IMG/VR virus record: IMGVR_UViG_3300035675_000001
Source: a virus
Lineage: Duplodnaviria > Caudoviricetes
DNA length: 64,000 bases
Reading direction: 5' to 3' (one strand)
Position numbers and translations under genes: made by a program
The notes under the pieces: generated by a model
Told to the model about the DNA's origin: nothing
What the model saw: the letters and a program-made list of their open reading frames with translations, nothing else
The model's database searches: none
Part shown: positions 59,095-64,000 of the stretch, piece by piece
How positions within the stretch are numbered: the stretch's first letter is position 1
Layout of the letters: each line of letters starts with the position of its first letter

Positions 59095-59841
59095 CTAAGT
59101 AGATGTGTAGTCTCCGAAAGCCGTGAAGGCCGATGTGCCGTTGGTATCCACGAAAGTTCCCCAGTAAGGCACCAGGAAAGTTGCTGTCCCGTAAGCCTGG
59201 ATCGCCGTGGTTCCGTTGGCGTCCGTGCCCGCGTCCGACGAGAAAACAACCAGGTTGGCCGTGCCGTAAGCTGCCCAGCCCAGCGTGCCCATGCTGTCCG
59301 TGCCGATGTCCAGATAGACCGTGACCGCCAGGTGGGTGCCAAACACGCTCCAGCCAATCGTTCCCGTGCTGTTGGTCCCCATGTCGCCGCCCGGCACAAT
59401 GGCGTTGAAGTGGGTGCCGAAAGCCGCGATGGCCACGTTGCCATTGTTTACAAAATTGAACAGGAGATACTGGCTGATGTTTCCTGGGTTCAGGTCCATG
59501 CCCAACCGGTCGGTGCCGACCAGGCTGGTGATGTCCACTTCGATGACCACGGGGAAGGCGGTCCCGAATGCCTCGATGCCCACGCTGCCATTCTGGTCAA
59601 CCCCGATGTCGGGCACGCCCTCCTGATAGTAGCTGCCGAAGGCGCTGCCGGTGCTCAGGACGCCGAACTGGGGAGGGAAGTCGCCGCCCACGCCCACCCA
59701 CAACCCGTCCTCGTGGAACGAGCCAGCGTCCACGATCTGCGGCGGCGGGAATGTGATCCAGTTGTCCTCTGGTTCCCTGAACACGGAGGACTGCGGGTGA
59801 CCGATGTTCCGGTCACGAAAGCTGCCACGATCTTCTGCCAC
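59095..59841 (-). CDS. Gly/Thr-rich structural protein with short internal repeats
   Basis: Repeats of D..GT..I.AFGT. GTAGTTA lies 4 nt upstream of the GTG. Confidence 0.5.
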   Translation of the reverse strand: MAEDRGSFRDRNIGHPQSSVFREPEDNWITFPPPQIVDAGSFHEDGLWVGVGGDFPPQFGVLSTGSAFGSYYQEGVPDIGVDQNGSVGIEAFGTAFPVVIEVDITSLVGTDRLGMDLNPGNISQYLLFNFVNNGNVAIAAFGTHFNAIVPGGDMGTNSTGTIGWSVFGTHLAVTVYLDIGTDSMGTLGWAAYGTANLVVFSSDAGTDANGTTAIQAYGTATFLVPYWGTFVDTNGTSAFTAFGDYTST

Positions 59842-59844
59842 GCC

Positions 59845-62800
59845 TTAACTACCAGGCGCGGGAACGGGCGGGAGCTTGAAGACCAGGATGCGGGGCTTGT
59901 CGGGGCTGCGGTATCCGTCCGTCGCGCAATCAAATCCCTGGGCGACCAGGATGTAGCGCATGATCTGCGCCTCGCTCATCGTCAACAAAACAGCGTCACC
60001 CGGCTCCATGCTCTTGGCGAGGGAAACCAAGTCATCGAGCCGGGTGCGCTTTCGGGGCCTGGGGATGGGAGGGGGCCAACGGTAAATCTGGAACTCACCA
60101 CTCACTTGATCGGCTGCGGCCTCGGCCCTGGACCGCAGATGGTGGTGATGGCATTGACGTGGCCGTCCAGGCGCTCGCGCTCCTGCTCATAGAGCCGGTG
60201 GAGCTGTGGGTCTCGCGTGGCCCGGTAACCCAAGGCGAGCATGGTCAGGTAGGCCAGCTCTGGCGACTTGGACATCTTGGCCACGAACAGCTTGAACTGC
60301 TCGATGTCCTGGAGCGAAGCCCTGGCCGCTTCCTCGCGCTCGGCCCAGCCTTCCGCCGCCGCTTCGTTGATGACACCGACTGGACCCAGCTTGCGCCGAC
60401 GCTCCAGCTCGGTTTGGATTTGCTCCTGGCAGGTCTGGCTGACAGGCTTGCCGCCGTTCTTCTTGGCTTCTTCCATAGCGAACACTTCCATCAAAGTTTT
60501 GCCCTGTGGCGGAGCCTGACCCGTGGCTCGGTTCCTCCCGTTGACCCACGACTCTGGCCATTTGATTTCGCTCGCGGCGGCGTCCTTGTTGGCCAACCAC
60601 CACGTCGCGTCCTCTATCTGCCACAGGGCATTAAAGACTTCTGCGGGCAGATCGGGCTTCCACTGCTCCATCAGCGCCTCGCGCAAATTGGTAGCCCAGC
60701 TCGTCTGCTTCAAGGTTCCGAACAACCTGGCCCGGCTGCCGGGTTGCGGCAGGTTGGTCAGATCGCTCACATCACACTGAATCAGCTTCTCACCCATGCA
60801 AGACTTTGTTTACAATTTCAATGTGGCACAAGAAAGAAATGGACGGCGTGCCGCGCCAAGGTGCGGGGGCTTGGCGAACCGGAGCTGCCGATCCATCGGC
60901 AGTTCGGCTCCTTTGTTTGTCACGGTGGGCCTTCAACCCGCAGGCCGTAGCCCACTCGATCAGCCTCGCTTACACGCCGTCCAAAAGTAACTACCGGGTC
61001 GGAGCCTTGGCCGGTTTAGGGTCGGGCATCGGCCCACCAGGCGGCACGTCTTTCTGCTCGATGGTCTTCTTGATCTTGGCGCTCGGACCCTTCAAGACCT
61101 CAACGCGCTGCTCGTCGAACCACTGCGGGTCGATGGGCTTGCCATCCTTGAGGTCTTCGGATTCCACGATGACGCGGGTGCAACCATGCAGCCACTCGCA
61201 GCGCCCGACGACGATGCCCTTGTAGCTGGTGATGGTGTCTTTGACTTGGCTTCCTAATTCGATCATGTCTCTCTTTGGGTTGATGGTTAACTTGCCGTAA
61301 TACTTGGGATTGATCGCGGTCTCGGCGAACCGCTTCACAAATTTCTTGGGGATGGTGATGGGCTGCTTCTTGTGGGTGTGGAGGATGTTGCCGGGCAGGT
61401 CGATCCTGATGCCATCGGCATACACAGTCTCGTGGCCCTTCTGCTCCAGCTTCTCGGCTTCGACGTGCGCGACGCCGACGATGCCCTCAATCTCCATCAT
61501 GATCTCGTAGCGATTCATTTCTTGCTCGCCTCCTTCATCTGGCGCTCCAGGTGCGGGTTCATCCAGTCGCGGTTCATGGGCAAATCGCTGAGCAGATTGC
61601 GGATCAGGCTTTTGAGGTATTCGTTCTGCTCGTGGACCTCGTGCTCCCGGCTGAGGATGGCCACGTCGCTGTCCGGCAGGAACCACCACAGGCTCGGCGT
61701 CCGATCATGATGCGCGAAGTCCACCCAGTGGGCCTTCTCGAAGGGCGGGTTGTAGTGGTAGTAGGCGATGCCGAAGTTCTCGACCAGGCCCAGCTCCGGG
61801 CAGGCTTCGTAGTAAACCAGGCAGCGTTCGCTGTGGTCCCACCCGGCCTTCTTGGGCGGCGGCTTGTCCGCAGGCGTGCCTGGAGGGCAGAATTGTTTAC
61901 TTTTCTCGCTCATATCAGTTGAATCCGTGCGGGCTGCCCGTCTGCTGGATGGCCTCCATCTGCCGGAACATTTCACGGACCAGCTCCTTGAGCGGGCCGG
62001 GCAGCTTGTTGGGGTCGATGGCGTGCGCCTGGACCTTGACGTGGACACCCGCCTTCTCGGCTTCCTTGTTGATGTGATCCATGAGGGCGATCAGCTCAGG
62101 CGGCGTTGGGGGCAGCGGTGGACGCTTCTTGCGTTTCCTGGCCATGTTGTTCCTCCGGGTTGATGTGTGGCTGCCTGCCGTCCATGATGCCGCGATCTTC
62201 GCGTTGGCACCGGCACAAGCGATACGGGTTCCCGCCCTTGACCTCACCGCACCGGGTGCAGGTCATCTCCTCGAATCCCCAGGCGAGCTTGGAATAGAAT
62301 TGGGGTTTGTCCTGGCTCATGCTTCACCTTTCACGGCCTCGGATAGAGGCTTAAATTTGTCAACGACGCCTCCCTCTCGCTCCCGGAACTCAAACAGGGT
62401 GCTATACACTGGATTAAGATGAGCAAAAAGACGGGCGACACTCGAAGTCCACGCCTGGTTCAACTTAAAATCGCTGTCCGCGTCCCGGAGCAAAGTTTCG
62501 TGCCGGAGGTATTCGACGACCGTGTAGGCAGAGTAGTGAGCACGGCGCTCGCCTGCGTTTTTTGCCTGCTGCTCAAAGCTAAGGTATAGCTCCCAGTTTT
62601 TCGTGAGCCAGTCATCGAACCCACGACGAAACTGTCCAGGAATGGCGTGGATAAGCTCTATCGAGACTTCCAGCTTCTCATTCACGGCATCTGGCATTTC
62701 GCTCACGATTCACCTTTCACAGCCTGGCGCATCCCGTCCAACTCGACGAGGGCCTTGGCCATTGCGATCTGTTCCTCCTCCGTCCAGGTCCACTCGTGCG

Positions 62801-63032
62801 GACTCATAGTGACCCGGTAGGCGCTGCTGGCCGGATGGTTGGTGTGGAAGGGAGTCAGCACTGCTGGCAGCGTGGTCTTGCTGGGCCGGACCTGCCAGCC
62901 GCCGCTCGTGCCGTAGTATTTGCCGCAGAGATCGCGGAGCTGGTTGCAGAGCACGTTGGCTGACGCCTCGCACTCACACACGATGGGCGGCACCAGCTTG
63001 CCCAGTTTGGAATTGTAAACTTCGTGCCTCAT
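59845..63032 (-). CDS. Run of small hypothetical ORFs (59845-60105, 60102-60797, 60991-61518, 61515-61913, 61915-62145, 62096-62320, 62317-62706, 62703-63032)
   Basis: Coupled minus-strand ORFs. 60991 ends in a common phage SH3-like LG..V.D..T...G.V.G....L.GC....WFDE.R module. 62317 is AT-richer than its neighbours. Confidence 0.5.
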
Positions 63033-63442
63033 TGTTCGAGCTTGGGCTTGGCACCAATCTCCTCGACGCTGATGACCAGGTAGCGCGTGGACCGCCGAAG
63101 CGGGTTGCGTGCGAATGACTCCTCGTAGCGAGCCTTGACCTTCTTGCCGACCAGAGCCTCGATATTCGTGGCCATCTTCGGATCGAGCACACTGAAATGC
63201 CAGACGTTGGCCATCGTCTTGCCGTCCTCGCCCGTGGCGATCCCTTCCATCGCCATGTCGCCCTCCCAGGACTTCGTGGATTTCCAGATGCCCTTGTAGG
63301 AAAACTTGGTGATGGTGCCGACGCGAGTGCCGCTCGATCTGGAGCATCCGCCGCCCGCGCCCAGGACCAGCCCGGCCAGGATGGCGATGATGGCGCAGAC
63401 CACCAGCAATTCGATCAGCGTGAATCCAGTCAGTTTCTTCAT
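63029..63442 (-). CDS. Prepilin-type N-terminal cleavage/methylation motif fused to an OB-fold-like domain (alternative start GTG 63562)
   Basis: KKLTG|FTLIELLVVCAIIAILAGLV, then G.RVG.I.KFS.KG....WEG.....W.FSV.D......L.GK.V...Y. Confidence 0.75.
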   Translation of the reverse strand: MKKLTGFTLIELLVVCAIIAILAGLVLGAGGGCSRSSGTRVGTITKFSYKGIWKSTKSWEGDMAMEGIATGEDGKTMANVWHFSVLDPKMATNIEALVGKKVKARYEESFARNPLRRSTRYLVISVEEIGAKPKLEQ

Positions 63443-63697
63443 AAGCCAATTCCAAAAGCTCTGTTCCGGGGGCCGCGTGACGCAGCGCGAGCACAAATCA
63501 TCCAGCACCAGTCGCGTGTAGCGATGGCAGCGACGACAGTCACCGTGAACGACAATGCCCACAACATTCAGAACGGAAGTCGGCGAGCGCCCTTCTGCTG
63601 GACGCCACCTAGCTTCTGAAAAAACTGTTTACACCCACAAGCCTCTCAGCGCAAGCCGAAAAGTAAACATTTTCGCGTAGGATTCGTGGACAACCCA

Positions 63698-63780
63698 TAT
63701 TGACGAGAAATCAATAGAGTCGTATTCGGCGATCAACCCTTGACTTTTATGGAGTCAAGACCTTTCCTCCGAATACGACT
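63698..63780. repeat. Nested inverted repeats in an AT-rich intergenic region
   Basis: TATTGA-N7-TCAATA (63698-63716). AGTCGTATTCGG (63718-29) / CCGAATACGACT (63769-80) encloses CTTGACT-N7-AGTCAAG (63739-59). Confidence 0.85.
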
Positions 63781-64000
63781 ACGGCGCATACCAGTCGTCA
63801 GGATCGTCCGAACAGCAGCCCCAGCCGATGCCCAGGCGGGCCTTGAGCAGCACGCGCAGGAACCGATTGGCTTTCTCCACCGCGCCACAGTAGGTCCGGC
63901 CATCCCGGTAGATCAGCAGCCTGCACGGGGGCTTGGCCTGTTTGCCCAGGGCGATCTCACCGATAGCGCACACCTGCTGGGCGCAGCAATAGCCGCAGCC
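63779..64000 (-). CDS. Partial YkgJ-like CxxCC cluster protein (5' end outside window)
   Basis: GCGYCCAQQVC...PCRLL....YCG read from the window end. Confidence 0.6.
   Translation of the reverse strand, partial: GCGYCCAQQVCAIGEIALGKQAKPPCRLLIYRDGRTYCGAVEKANRFLRVLLKARLGIGWGCCSDDPDDWYAP

Noticed and set aside
12031-63575. GTTC in the CGTTCT motif as a phosphorothioate (GAAC/GTTC) signal
   Set aside because: The fixed distance to start codons fits a promoter or translation role, and no dnd/ssp genes are present.
1-64000. Stop-codon reassignment (code 15 or 4), seen in some large phages
   Set aside because: Conserved genes (terminase, helicase, bEBP) are intact under code 11, and TAG, TGA and TAA all end genes at coupled junctions.
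1-64000. tRNA or rRNA genes
   Set aside because: No intergenic space with a cloverleaf or T-loop GTTCRA context. The GTTCGA hits I noticed lie inside CDSs.

Overview
A 64-kb, gene-dense, GC-rich (roughly 60-63% by eye) segment of a large tailed dsDNA phage, probably a jumbo myovirus with T4-style head maturation. It uses the standard genetic code, and I saw no tRNA, rRNA or CRISPR array. Layout: (1) 1-6545, a tandem array of seven paralogous aromatic/Gly/Thr-rich beta-proteins, probably receptor-binding or tail appendage; (2) a receiver-less sigma-54 activator and a lipoprotein/holin-like pair; (3) late genes (terminase large subunit, LysM-like baseplate protein, structural proteins) interleaved with sugar-modifying enzymes and multidomain polyproteins; (4) 33-49 kb, an early-type region of small ORFs with a UvrD helicase, a TOPRIM nuclease, an Acb2/Tad1-like protein and YkgJ-type Cys-cluster proteins behind sigma70-like promoters; (5) 47.3-64 kb, mostly minus-strand genes including a radical SAM enzyme, a 2151-aa polyprotein, a degenerate T4 gp21-like prohead protease and a prepilin-like protein. 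The best candidate for an undescribed system is a set of six polyproteins (201-2151 aa) whose domains are separated by about 27 copies of a linker, x-x-E|S-E-D-D-x-D-(W/F)-K-(D/E)-(V/L). It looks like a prohead-protease Glu-cleavage site followed by a shared N-terminal tag on every released domain. The cargo includes ADP-ribosyltransferase-like, Nudix, papain-like and Fe-S/Zn-cluster domains. Also notable: three classes of start-proximal promoter motifs in front of apparently leaderless genes, strong avoidance of restriction palindromes, and a genome-wide TGTAAAC motif. Host is inferred, weakly, to be PVC-superphylum (Verrucomicrobiota-like). All family assignments come from motif recognition by eye; no searches were run.
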